Source: Callorhinchus milii (taxonomy: Eukaryota). Taken from it: 64,000 nt of DNA. The stretch is taken from positions 135,534,001 through 135,598,000 of the forward strand of contig NW_024704742.1 in assembly GCF_018977255.1 (NCBI RefSeq), given 5' to 3'. Under the pieces are notes generated by a model, which was not told the DNA's origin, made no database searches, and worked only from the letters and a program-made list of their open reading frames with translations. This document shows, piece by piece, positions 26,991 through 39,411 of the stretch; positions within the stretch are counted from its first letter, which is position 1; each line of letters begins with the position of its first letter. The position numbers were made by a program, and so were the translations under genes.

Positions 26991-29900
26991 GTTATGCTGT
27001 TACGGTTAGCGGAGGTGTACCGCGTGCTTAAATAATAACACAATAATAATCGTGGCGCGTAATATAGAGCCTCATCACGTCGTTGAGACGTCTCAAAACA
27101 GCTTCACAGGATACACTGTAAAGTGCAGTGATTGACTGTTTTGTGGGCAGCCGACAATGTCCCCACACACACAGCCACGAAGTGATGGACTGAATGTCTC
27201 TGGTCGGAGAGGGTGGGTAGGGGGAATCCCTTCTCGGGGTGGGGTAGGGCGGGGGGGCGAATCTTTTGATGCTCACCACCCGAACAGGCACAAGTGAGGT
27301 ACAACGCCTCCCGACAACATAGCATTCCCAACCCTCCAGCACTGTACTGGATAGTCAGCTGAGACTGTGAGCTCAAAGTCCCCACAAACGTCTGACTCAC
27401 AAGCAGCGGACACCCACTATTTGTGCGTGGGGTTTGGGGAGGAATAATAATAATAATGATAGTTGTCCTTGCATTTGATACAGCGGCTCTCACGGTCGGG
27501 ATTCACTGTGAAGTGCGGTGACTGCGCGTTGGTTAGAGCACTCGCCTCGTAAGCGAGAGGACCCGGCTTCGATTCCCGGGCGGGGCAAGTTTCCTTACTC
27601 TGCACACCTCTGTTTACCTCGTAGGAACCCGGTTGCTCGTCAATTGGCAGATCGCTTACTGGGGGTAATAATTCCTTTCCCCCAACTATTCTAAAGGAGA
27701 AGACAGTTTCTATCTCTCTCTCTCTCTCTCTCGTTATTCTGGCCAACAATCCCCCCAAATAAAAAAATTGGTCACTCACTGCACGACTGGGAAGCTGCTG
27801 TGCGCAATTGGCTACGTCTACAAAATACACAGTCACTACCCTTGACAGTATATTCTGCGAAGCGCTTTGAGACGCCTCAAAGATGGGATAAGGCGCCATA
27901 TCAAATGCAAGGATTATTATGATGATGATGATGGTTATTATTCCAATCTTCCTCCCTTTCCACTCCAGCCTCACGCCCTCCCTCCCCCCACCCAACCCCT
28001 TCCGTCCATTTCTCCCGCTATCGTGTGGGGTTTCGTTTTTTTCGAAACCTAAAACAAAAAGCCTCTCTTTCCGGTTCCCGCCATCTTGCACGATTAATGT
28101 TCAAAGGAATTCGGAGACAGTGGGGGGGTGGGGGGGGGGGGTGGGGGGTGGGCTGGGGTGTAATTCAAGCAAGATGATTGCAGTGTGTGTCCTCTTTGTA
28201 ATCCAGTAGTGAATCGCAGGGTGTGTTTTATTTTCCTCTCGTATTTTATACGATGGGAGGTGTTCACAATGTCTGTAGGCATTTTCGTAACCGGAGACGT
28301 TTCCATTTTTTTGCTTTTGTTTTGATCTGCGTTGTTTAGCGTGGGCGAGCAAGCGGGAGAGGGGGTGGGGGTGGGGGGGGTAAAGAGAGAGGGAAGGTGT
28401 GAGAGGGAGAGGGAGAGAAAGAGAGAGAGTGGGCGAGGAGGCTGGGGGGAGGAAAGAAAGACAAAGCGATAGAGCGAAAGGGAGACGGAGAGAAAGAGAG
28501 GGAGTAAGTAGAGGGAGAGAGAGAGAGAGATAGACAGAGAAGGAGAGAGGGAGGAAATGGAGAGAGGAAGAGAGAGATAAAGAGAGGCGGGGATGAAGAG
28601 GGGAGAATTTCTTTTAAGAGCGTGCGAGAGAGTGAGAGTGAGAGGGAAAGAGAGAGGGAAGATGGAGAGAGAAAGGGAGAGAGAGTGAGAGGGAAAAGTT
28701 CTTTTAATGGGGAAAGTAGGGGGCAAAAAATTCCACCCGAGTCTACATCTATCACTAATTCTCCGAGCATTTGGAAGTTCCAGGACTTGGCACAATTCTT
28801 AAACGCAGCTTGTATTTTTAGCCGTTTTAAGACATTTTAATTTTTCTTTGAAGGGCTTTAGAGGGAGAGAAAAAAAAAAAACGACTCTAAAGTCGAGGTT
28901 TAAAGTCAGCAAAAGTGTCAAGGTTCTGCAGTCCAAAAGTGCGAGATAAATGCTGGGAGTAAATTTCTCCCCGAAAACAGTGCCGGTAATAGGATAAGAC
29001 AGGCAGAAAGATTAATATTCTCGACTGCAGAATATTAGTGGGGAATTCTGCAGCCGATAATAATAATAATAATAATACTGACAATAATAATCCTTAATAA
29101 TAATAGGCATTGTGTGGTGACGTTTCGAAACGCTTCACAGGATTCATTGTAAAGTGTATCATGTGGGGAGGGAGGGACGGAGGGAGTGGGGGGGGAGAGA
29201 GGGAGGGAGTGGGGGCGGGCGGAGGGAGGGAGGGAGGGAGGGGAGGACGCAGGGAGAGAGAGAGAGAGAAAACCTCCATTTCTCTTTTTTTTTGACTAGC
29301 GCTATGGGATAATTAACCCGCTACCAAACACACAACAACAACTTGTATTTATATAGCGCCTTTCATGTCGGGAGGACGTCCCAAGTCACTCTATACTTTA
29401 CCGTAAATTCAGTGAAGCGCTTTGAGGGGTCAAATGCAAGGATTGTTATCATTATTATTATTATTTCAGACTGCGAGGATTATTTATTTGCTCATTCACG
29501 TTGGGAGAATGATCTACAAAGACTGAGCAGGTGGGAGATTGAGCTCGGGGGCAGTTGGGGGGGGTGGGGGTGGGAGGTGAAAAAGCACAGTCAAAAGGGT
29601 AGGTCTTCAGATGGGAGAAGAAAACAGGGACAGGAGGGTGTATTTTGGGTAGGGGCGGAGTGCGATGGACCGAATGGCCTCCTTTTGGGCCGTGTGAAAT
29701 TTATACAGTTGGTGTCTCTTTTGTTGTTCCAATTTGTTTTCCGAAAATCTTACATTTTCAAAGGGGGACAGACAGAAACATGAAGCAATATTTCTCTCTC
29801 TCCCCCCCCCCACCCCCCCCCTTCCCTTTCTTCCCCACACCCCCTCCCCATACACACAGAGAAAATAGTCTCACACACACACACACACACCCCCGGCTAG

Positions 29901-30169
29901 TCGGTCGGGGGGGAGTGAGCCACAGTTTCCGACGGGAAGAGAGAATTTTCGTCAGGAAATGCAAACGGTTCCTCGGGTCGGATATGACAGCTTGCAATCA
30001 GCAAATGTCAGCCAATTACTGTCGCTCGCACTGCCAGCCAAGGGGGAAGAGGAGAGAGATTCCAATGTTATTCTGGAGTCCCTTCGACTCGCTCTGTTCA
30101 ACTCACCCCCCCTCCATCTCCCTCCAACTCCCTCCCTCCATCATCTTCATTCATCCATAACAAATTAGA

Positions 30170-30570
30170 TTTCTGCAGCCCTTCCATATCGGGAGGGCGT
30201 CCCAAGGCCGTGGATGGTCAAGGATTTGGACCCCAGCTGGGCGTTGGGAGCAGGAGTTGTGGAGGGCGGGGAGAGTAGGGGGTGGGAGGGTGACCGAAGG
30301 CGCGGTCAAAGAGGAGGGTCTTGAGATGGGCCTTGAAAGGCGTAAAGGAGGGAGCGAGGGGAAGGGACTGTGGGACGGAGTTCCAGAAGATGGAGGCGGA
30401 GAGGCTGAAGGCCCAACCGCCGATGGTGGGGTGAGTTGGGCGTGGGGGTTGTGGAGCGGGCCGGAGCCTGCTGAGCAGTGGGAGCGGGCAGGTCTACATG
30501 GAGTTAGCAGGTCACAGAAGTAGGGAGGAGCAAGGCCGAGGAGGGATTTAAAGGCGAGGTCCATCTCAGG
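30170..30570 (-). mobile_element. L2-clade LINE 3' fragment (ORF2 C-terminus and 3' UTR)
   Basis: FKSLLGLAPPYFCDLL motif, then a ...caaggcccatctcaagaccctcctcttt segment and the ccttgggacgccctcccgatatggaaggg tail. Confidence 0.8.
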
Positions 30571-32199
30571 ACTTACCTGATTGACCGTACGCTGTGTATA
30601 AATCACAATTTTGTATTGTATTCGCACACAGGTTAACCTGCCCCCACCCAAATAGCCTTTCTATTTTGTTATTATCACATGGATTTTATGGTCTGGCTTG
30701 AAAGTGCCCTTTGTTGTTTGCCTCCAAAAACACGCAGTCACTACACTTTGATGTGAAGCACTTCGATGAAGTCTTTCCAAGGCTTTCTCAAGACCTTCCT
30801 TTCAGATCGTGCCTTCGATCATCTTCCCTCCTCCACCACCCACTGCCAGCCCCTGACCCTCCTCCCCTCTTGATTCCCAACCCCCAGCTCAGGTGCAAAC
30901 CCCTCATCGGGATGTCCTCCCGATGTGAAAGGTGCTGTATTAATGCAATTTGTTGTTGTTGTTGTTGCTGTTGTCATCCTGGCTCAGCACTCTTGTCTCT
31001 GAGTCAGAAGGTTGTGGGTTTAAGCCCCACGTCGGGGACTTTGAGCTCACAGTGTAGGCTGACATTCCAGTGCAATGCTGGTGGGGGCTGATCAGATGGA
31101 AGTTCAGGTCCCGTGACACGATTGGAAAAGAGAAGGGAGTTTCTATCGATGTCCTGGCCAACAATCCTCCCAATAAAGTTGGCCGTTCACTTCACTTGTG
31201 AGCAAATTAGCTGCTACATTCACCTACAAAATACACAGTCACTACTCCTTACAGCAATTGCTTGTGAAGTGCTTTGAGATGTTTTGATGTTGCAGGTGCT
31301 GCATCACGGACAGGGTTATTGCATATTATCTGCTGTTATATTTGTTACCAACTCCCACCAGTAATAGTGAGAGACCCATTTGCTGCCAGAGAGTGTTGGG
31401 CGTTTGGAAGACACTGGGGCCTGGAGTGTGTTCAGTGGTATTTACGCTGTGTCTCTTGATAAGGAATTAATACATTGGGTCCCGTGGTGTAGTGCACTCG
31501 CCTCACAGCGAGAGGACCCGGGTTCGATTGCTGGGTGGGGCATAAACTTAGGCAAGTTTCCTTACTCCACACGTCTCTGTTTACCTACCAGTAGGAACCC
31601 AGTTGTTAGTCGATTGGCGGATCGCTTTCCGGAGGTAACAATCTCTCTAAAAAAAATGTATATTTGGTCAAACCAATCCAGGACGGCTGTGCGCAAGTGT
31701 TTGCCGCATTCCGCCCACAGCATACGCGGTCAATCGACCTTACGGTATAACCTGCGAAGCGCTTTGAGGCGTCCCAGTGACGTGATCAGCCGCGATATCA
31801 GGATTACTATCGTAACCCAAAGACAGGCGGTGTGGGGGGATCCCGGCTCCGAGGGTGTCGCGCGAGACGGAGGGAAGGGAAGGGAAGGGGTCCTCCCGAA
31901 TCGCTGGCGAGACGCGAGGGCGGCTTCTGGAGGTAAACGCGAAATGTGTCATATTGACAACTCACTGTTCTAATGAGCAGAAATCCTCAAAGCATGAAAT
32001 TGGAATGAAATGTGTGATTATAATTCAAGTGCTGTTTACCCCCATCTCCGGGGACCCTACATAAATACTGAGAGAGCAAATCAGGTAGACAAAAAAGCAT
32101 TGTGTCCCACATGCACACGCGGACACACGCACACATTAACACACCGTCACACCCCCCCCCCCCCCCCCCGCCCCGCCCCCCCTCGCTCATCTTGAATGG

Positions 32200-32610
32200 G
32201 AACCGTCAGCTTCGGCTAATTTTTGTCCCGACACAACTTCAATGACGAGGCTTTGTTATTCGCCCCCGCGGACACCCCCTCTCCCCTCCGCCAACCCCCC
32301 CTCCCTCCNCCCCCCGCCGAACTTCCCCACACCTCCCTCGCTTTCCGCTGCTATTATTTGTGGCGGGCGTGAGCGGGTGGGTGAGCGCGCAGGAGCCTTT
32401 GCGAGCGCGTGCGTGCGGGAGGGTGTTCGTGGAGAGAGAGGAGAGAGAGAGAGAGAAAGAGAGAGCAAGGTTGTTTGTGGGCGGGCGAGCTTGTTTGCGA
32501 GCGAGCGTTTGTGCGTCGGGGTTGTGTATTGTGTGTGTGTGTGTTCGCGCGCGCGGGCGGGCGAGCGGGTGAGCGCGATGCTGTCCGTTGCTGATGAAGA
32601 GATGTAAGAG
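32200..32610 (+). promoter_or_regulatory. CpG-rich candidate internal promoter / alternative first exon upstream of exon 10
   Basis: High CpG density, GC boxes, GA repeat, donor-like sites CGG|gtgagc (32569) and GAT|gtaaga (32604). Confidence 0.45.
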
Positions 32611-32664
32611 GGTCCCCAAGTGTGTCCCAATCTCCACGTCCAACCTGAAAGTCTGAGGGAAAAT

Positions 32665-32700
32665 AAGTCTCTCTCTCTCTCTCTCTCGTGCTCTTTCAAG

Positions 32701-32736
<36 letters not shown>

Positions 32737-33267
32737 TTCTATCTCTCTCGTCTTCTATCTCTCTCTCTCTCTCTCAAGCGCTTTCCTTCTCTCGCTCAAG
32801 CAATTTCGTCCTTCCTCACTTTCTATCGCATTCTCACTCTCTCTCTCTCTCTCTCTCTCACTCACTCTCCTCTCTCTTGCTCTTTCTCTCCCCCCGCTCT
32901 CTCATTGGCACTCTCTTTCTCTCTCCCTCTCATTTGCACGCTCTCTCTTTCTCTCTCTTCCCCCTATCTCTTTTCCCTCCTCTCTCATTTCCGCTCTCCC
33001 TCCGCCTATCTCTCTCTCTCTCGCTCTTTCTTGCTCTTCCCCCCTCTCCTTCCCCCTCTCATTTGCACTTGCTCTCTCTCGCTCTCCTTTCCCTCTCCCC
33101 CACCCCGCTCACTCTCTCTTTCCCTCTCCCCATTCTCTCTTTCCTCTCTCTGCTCAGTCCCTCTCCCCTTTTCTCTTCCCTATTCTCTCCTCTCTCCCCA
33201 TCTCCCTCTCTCTCTCCCCCTATTCTCTCTCTCTCTCTCTCCCCCCATCTCTTTCTCTCTCCCTCTA

Positions 33268-33298
<31 letters not shown>

Positions 33299-33898
33299 CC
33301 CTATTCTCTCTCTCTCTCCCCATCTCTCTCTTTCTCTCCCCATCTCTCTCCCTCTCTCCCCCATTCTCTCTCTCTCCCCATCTCTCTCCCCCTATTCTCT
33401 CTCTCTCCCCATCTCTCTCTCTCTCTCCCCCATTCTCTCTCTCTCCCCATCTCTCTCCCCCTATTCTCCCTCTCTCTCCCCATCCTCTCTCTCTCACCAT
33501 CTCCTCCTATTCGCTCTCTCTCTGTCCCCATCTCTTCCCCTCTCCCCCTATTCTCTCTCTCTCCCCATCTCTCCCCCTCTCCCCCTATTCTCTCTCTCTC
33601 CCCATCCCTCTCCCCCTATTCGCTCTCTCTCTCCCCATCCCTCTCCCCCTATTCTCTCTCTCTCTCTCCCATCTCTCCCCCTCTCCCCCTATTCTCTCTC
33701 TCTCTCTCCCCATCTCTCTCTGTCTCCCCCTATTCTCTCTCTCTCCCCATCTCTCTCCCCCTCTCCCCCTATTCTCTCTCTCTCTCTCCCCATCCCTCTC
33801 CCCCTATTCTCTCTCTCTCTCTCCCCATCTCTCCCCTCTCCCCCTATTCTCTCTCTCTCTCTCTCTCTCCCCATCTCTCTCTCTCCCCCTATTCTCTC
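32665..33898 (+). repeat. Long CT-rich microsatellite/minisatellite (ctctccccctattctctctctctccccat-like units) running into an assembly gap
   Basis: About 1.2 kb of almost pure pyrimidine on the + strand with recurring cctattct and ccccatct motifs. Confidence 0.92.
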
Positions 33899-33923
33899 NN
33901 NNNNNNNNNNNNNNNNNNNNNNN
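33899..33923. other. Assembly gap (run of N)
   Basis: 25 Ns; true size unknown. Single Ns also occur near 32309, 53606 and 57360. Confidence 0.99.
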
Positions 33924-36900
33924 AGGTTGATGGAATAAGCGCTTTGAGACGGAGGGGTGGGGGGGAAATTGGGAGGAGGGGGGAAGCAAAGGGCGGAGGT
34001 GGGGTGGGGGGGGGGTTGCGTGGGGAGGTTTGAGGTGGGTGGGATTTCCTTCCGCTCGGTGCTTCCCGCTGATGATGATCATATGTTTCACTCATGTGGA
34101 TGGTCTTTATAATCACTCACCCCCACTCCTCCTCCACCCCTCCCCCTCTCCCCCCCCCCCCCCCCCCCACATCCACCACCACCACAAACACTCGACATTT
34201 GGTCCGCATTAGAACACGCAATTAACCTTGCACGGTTTCTTCTGGAAAATGTCAAACACAGACGAACTTCTAACAATTTTTTTCCCGCTCGTGCAAACCT
34301 CCCCCCCACCCCCCCCCCCCCAACCCCACCAACCCCCTCTCACCACCATCCTCCCATTCCCCCTCCTCCTCTCTCCCATCTGCACCCTCCCTCCCCCCTC
34401 CCCACCCCACCCTTGCCTCGCATTTGAGTTGAAAATCCGTACAGCAAACATTTTTTTCCCCCCCTCTGTTTTTTTGGAGCAGAGGAAACGTCAAGAGGAA
34501 AATAAAGAAAGGGAACGGGAATGAGAGGAAGATCAGATGGTTGCAGTCTGCTCTCTCTCTCTCTCTCTCTCCCTTCTTCTCTCCATTCGCAAAAAACAGC
34601 CGCCTTCCCCTCCGCACGCTCTCTCTCTCTCTCTCTCTCTCTCCGACCCCCCACCCTCCCCCCACACACACCTCGCTCACTCCCAGCCCGGTTTCCCCCC
34701 CAGGACTGCATCAGTCTTGGGGGAGACAAAGCAGTTTTTTTCCAGCAGTTAGTTTCCACGCACCGTGGGGAAATGTGATGATGATTGTTTAACTACGACA
34801 TTTTTTTAACCATTTACTCTACACCTCTCCCCACTTCCCCACCACTTCCCTCCCCCCCCGCTGTCGTACACGTGAAATTGTGTCTTTGGGACACACTGTG
34901 CAGTGAATGTGTACGTGAACAGCCAATTTGCACAGAGCAATGTCCTGCAAACAGCCACGGAGGGAGTGACACCATTTTTATCTGGGTGATTGTCAGCCAG
35001 GAAACTGAGAGAGAGAGAAACTCGATAGCGCTATTCGAAAAGACAAGGGAATTTCTCTCTCCTGGTGTGTCCTGGCTAACAATCACCCAGATAAAATTGG
35101 TCACTCACTCCATGGCTGTCTGCGGGACACTCCTGTGCGCTATTGTGCACCCCTGTTTATATGTAAGTACACACCATTTCACAACGGAAGGCACTTTAAG
35201 ACGTCCTTCCAACCTAATAATGCAAGCATTTTTATTATTATTATTCACTTCACGGCTATTTTGGGGGACATAGCTGTGAACAGATTAGCTGTCGACAAAC
35301 ACACAGTCACTACACTATACAGTGTATACCATGAAGCGCTTGGAGACATCCTCCCGACATAAAATAATAATAATAATCCTTGCATTCGATACAGCGCCTT
35401 ATCACGTGATTGAGACGTCTCAAAGCGCTTCACAGGATATGCTGTAAAGTGAATTGACTGTGTGTTTTGTGGGTGAAACATAGCTGCCCCGAATCTAAGG
35501 CTCATTATAATTATCATCATCTGACAACCATTCCCTCCTCTCTTTCAATGCCTCCTGTTAACTGTCAAAGGATAAAATGCACCAGTGATTGCTTTGAAGT
35601 CTGCTTCCATTTCATCGGAGGTCCGATTTTCCACCGGGCCTCAGCATGCGGCACCATTTTGTCTTGAAAAATTGTGGGTTCGATCTGGATTTGGAAGGAG
35701 TTGATGAATCCGGACGGAGAGGAGGGGAGAGGGGAAGCGGGTGAGGGGAGAGGAGGAGGAGGAGGGATGAAGAGGGGAAGGAGAGGGGCGAGGAATAGAG
35801 GGAGAGTGGGGAGACTGAGCAGGCTTGTCGGAGGTCCTAGCCTTCAGATGGGATGTTAAAGTCGAAGTCCTGTCTGCCAATGTTCAGGGAACTAAAGGCA
35901 ACAAGGCACTATTCGAAAAAGGCCTTCACACTGTGTTGAGTGACGATGGATAAACCTGGTCATTCACCTCGCGGCTGGTTGCAGGACATTGCTGTGCGAG
36001 CATTAAATTATTAATAATAACAAGAAGGGTTGCCTTTCACATTGGGAGGACGTCTCAAAGCACTTCACAGAATGTTCTGTGAAGGTCAGTGGCAGTGTAT
36101 GTTGAAGGCGAAACACAGCAGACAATTCGTGTCCAGAAACCTCCACACAAACAGCCAACGGCCATGAGGCGAATGATCGGTTTCATTTTGGGGCAGTGTT
36201 GTCCTGAACACCAGGAGAAACTCCCTTCTCTTTTCGAAAGGAGCTCAGCGCTCTCGCCTCTGAGTTAGAAGGTTGTGGGATCAAGCCCCACGTCGGAACT
36301 TGAACTCACGTGGTCTTAAGCCGACGCCCCAATGCAGAACTGGGTTGGGGTGTTGGGGGGTGTTGCATTGTCGGAGGTGCAGTACTTTCGGTTGAGATGT
36401 TTAACCAAGGTCCCGCCTGCCTGTTCAGGTGGACGTTAAAGATCCCTTGACGCTATTTGAAAAGAGAAGGGAGTTTCTCTCTCTCTCTCGGTGTCCCAGG
36501 CCAATAATCCCCCAAATGAAATTGGTCGCTCACTCCACGGCTGTTTCTGGGACACTGCTGTGCGCAACCGGCTGCCGCATTTCGCCCACAAACTACACAA
36601 TCTCTCCACCTTACAGCATATCCTGCGAAGCGCTTTGAGATGTCTCAACAACGTGTTCAGACGCGATATCAAGTGCAAGGATCATTATGATGATGTTATT
36701 ACTTTCCTCCTGAAAATGACGCAGCTCTCTGAATGTCAGCCGTGTGGGGAACGTATGGAATAGATCTCACATCTTGGCAGGAGTCTCTGCATTTTTTGGG
36801 GGGTGTTGAAGGAAGGGGTGGGGGGGAAGGGAGGGAGGGAGGGAGGGGGTGGTTTTTTGGAGCAAGTCACCACAAAGCTGAGCTGGAACTCTCTGTGCAT

Positions 36901-38055
36901 TAGTCAATTTCTTGGCACCCGCACGACAGGCCTGTAACGAGATCTCGTGTGAGCTGGGAAGTCATCTGCATTGTCGATTGTGAGAGCGTTGCAGAGGTTT
37001 GCAGCCGGTGTCAGAAATCCCCATTGACTCTCCCTCCATTCCGTTGTCAGCCTGGCTCACTTAGTCGTGGTTAGTCCTTAAATCGCTGTTGACCGATCAG
37101 TAAATAGGAACCCGGTTATTAGTTGATTGGGTGATCGCTTTTCCGGGGGTAATAATCCCTCCCTATGGCCACGACTGTTTGTGGGGCACGGCTGTGCGCA
37201 ATCGGCTCCCGCATTTCACCCACAAAATAATAATAATGATCCTTGCATTTGATCTCGTGCCTTATCACGTCTTTGCGACGTCTCAAAGCGCTTCCCGGGA
37301 TATACTGTAGAGCGGTTCGACTGTAGCTTTTGTGGGCAAAACGCACAGTCCATCCACTTTACGGTATATTCTGTGAAGCGCTTTGAGACGTCTCGAAGAC
37401 GTGATAAAGCGCTGTATCAAATGCGAAGATTATTATTATTATTAATATTAGGGATCAGAAGACTGTGGGTTCAAGTCCCAACCTCGGGCCTTTCAAATCA
37501 CAGTCTCGGCTGATAATCACGTGCGGATAATCGACACGTTGTCGGAAGTGCAACCAGTCTACGTGCCTGTAGAGGTGGACGATAAACATGCCGTGGTCAC
37601 AATCGGGAAAAGTCAAGGGAGTCTCTCTCTCTCTCTCTCTCTCCCCCGGTGTCCTGGCCCCCAGATTAAATCAGTGGTGGCAGTTTGTGGAATTCAGCTG
37701 TGTGCAAATTGGCTGCCTCGATCACCCACAAAATACACACAAGTCGCTGCACTTTTACAGTAATATCTTGCCACGCGCTTCGAGGTATCCTCCCGACGTG
37801 AAAGGCGCTGTTATCGATTGCGCGGATTGTTATTATTACTGAAAGCTAAACAGCCTGTGTTCTCGTAGCCGGGGCTGCAGTAAACCAGGGCGTATCTGCT
37901 CCTGAGATCTCTCCAGTTCATTTGAGCTTATCCACATTTGGAGTCAAGTGGAGTCCCATAGCACAGGGCGCGATTGGCTGCCGCATTTCGCCCACAAAGT
38001 ACACACTCAATTCACTTAACAATTTGTTCCGTGAAGCGCTTTGAGGCATCTCAAA

Positions 38056-38366
38056 GTGGAGTCCTGTAGCTCAGTGGTTGAGCGCTCGCTTTGCAAGCGA
38101 GAGACCTGAGTTCAATTCCAGGCAGGGCGGAACCTTGGGCAAGTTTCCTTACTACAACGCCTAATAATAATCCCTCCAAAACCCCAAACAATAATAAATT
38201 GGTCATTTTCAATCCACGACTGTGTTGTGGGACATTGCTGTGCGCAATTGGCTGCCGCGTTCGCCCACAAATATACAGTCAATTCACTTTACAGTGTGTT
38301 CTGTGAAGCGCTTTGGGACGTCCTCCCGACGTGAAAAGCGCTATATCAAATGCAAGGATTATTATT
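38056..38366 (+). mobile_element. Short, internally deleted SINE A subfamily copy, nested in an older SINE tail, with 7-bp target-site duplication ATCTCAA
   Basis: atctcaa at 38048-38054 and 38367-38373; the host tail resumes after the insertion. Sister copies at 40221-40540, 23531-23845, 18893-19215, 54664-54990. Confidence 0.85.
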
Positions 38367-39305
38367 ATCTCAACAACATGATAAGGCGCTATTATCAAAT
38401 GCAAGGCTTATTATTTTAATCTCTCTGAGACACAACCCTGCAATGAAGAGGGGGTATATAATTGGAAGCTGTTGTTGTTATTGTCTCTCTCTCTCTCTCT
38501 CTCTCTCTCCCCCCCCTCCCGCAGTCCAGGCTAACAATTCCCCTCCTGATTAAAATCGGTCGTTCGCTTCATGTGGGACGTCACTGTGTGCAAACTGGCT
38601 GCCGTGTTCACCTATAAAACACGCAGTCGCTACACTTTACGTTGAAGAAGTGCGGAGTGGTTTGGAGAGGTCTCAATGACGCGATAAGGCGCTGTAGCCA
38701 ATGCAAAGATTATTATTATTAATACAGTAAAACTTGCAGAAGTCTCATCTCTATAAACCTTATAATCTGCTAAGTCATAGACCCACCCGAGTCCCATTCA
38801 GTTTCCTGTGCGCAATTGGTTGCCCAGTTTCGTCCACAAAATATGCAGTCAATTCGCTTGTCAGTATATTCTGTGAAGCACTTTGAGACGTCTCGAAGAG
38901 GTGATAAGGCGCTGTGTCAAATGCAAGGATTATCATTAATATTATCTTCTTATTACCGTCTGCAGTGACGAAAGCATACAGCGTGCGCGTTGAATTATCC
39001 AGGCGCAGCGCAGATCGTTAATTGAATCGGGATTTTATACGCCTTCTTACAGTTTGCTCTAAACGCGGAACATCGCGTAAATCATACTAAATGTTTCAAA
39101 AAGGTAGATTTCGGTTAGAGAATAATATCGTGGGATACGGTGCATAGTTTGGGACACGACAGGCGTCAGGATGGTGGAAGGTGAACTGGATGAACCCCGG
39201 TCTTTTCTTACCTGGCAATGCTTATGTTATGGTCTTGGCTGATAGTGTATGGAGTTTTGCTGCTTCATTGTTGTTAACTCTCTCTCGTTCTCTGTGTCTC
39301 CACAG

Positions 39306-39411
39306 GTATATGCCCCACCAGCAAGCACTGCCGATTACAACAGAGACTCGCCAGGCTATCCTTCCTCCAAACCCCCAGCCAGCACCTTTCCCAGCTCATA
39401 TTTTATGCAGG
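39306..39411 (+). CDS. TCF4: TCF4 exon 10 equivalent: [35 protein letters not shown]
   Basis: ccacag acceptor, G|gtgagt donor; 106 nt, phase 0/1. Near-identical to recalled TCF4 [23 protein letters not shown]. Confidence 0.96.

Noticed and set aside
32620..33938. 416-436 aa ORFs (and similar at 4203-4968, 6659-7410, 28094-28795, 52809-53411)
   Set aside because: S/L/P- or H/T-rich translations of CT and CA microsatellites that lack stops by composition. Only the 7144-7279 part is a real exon.
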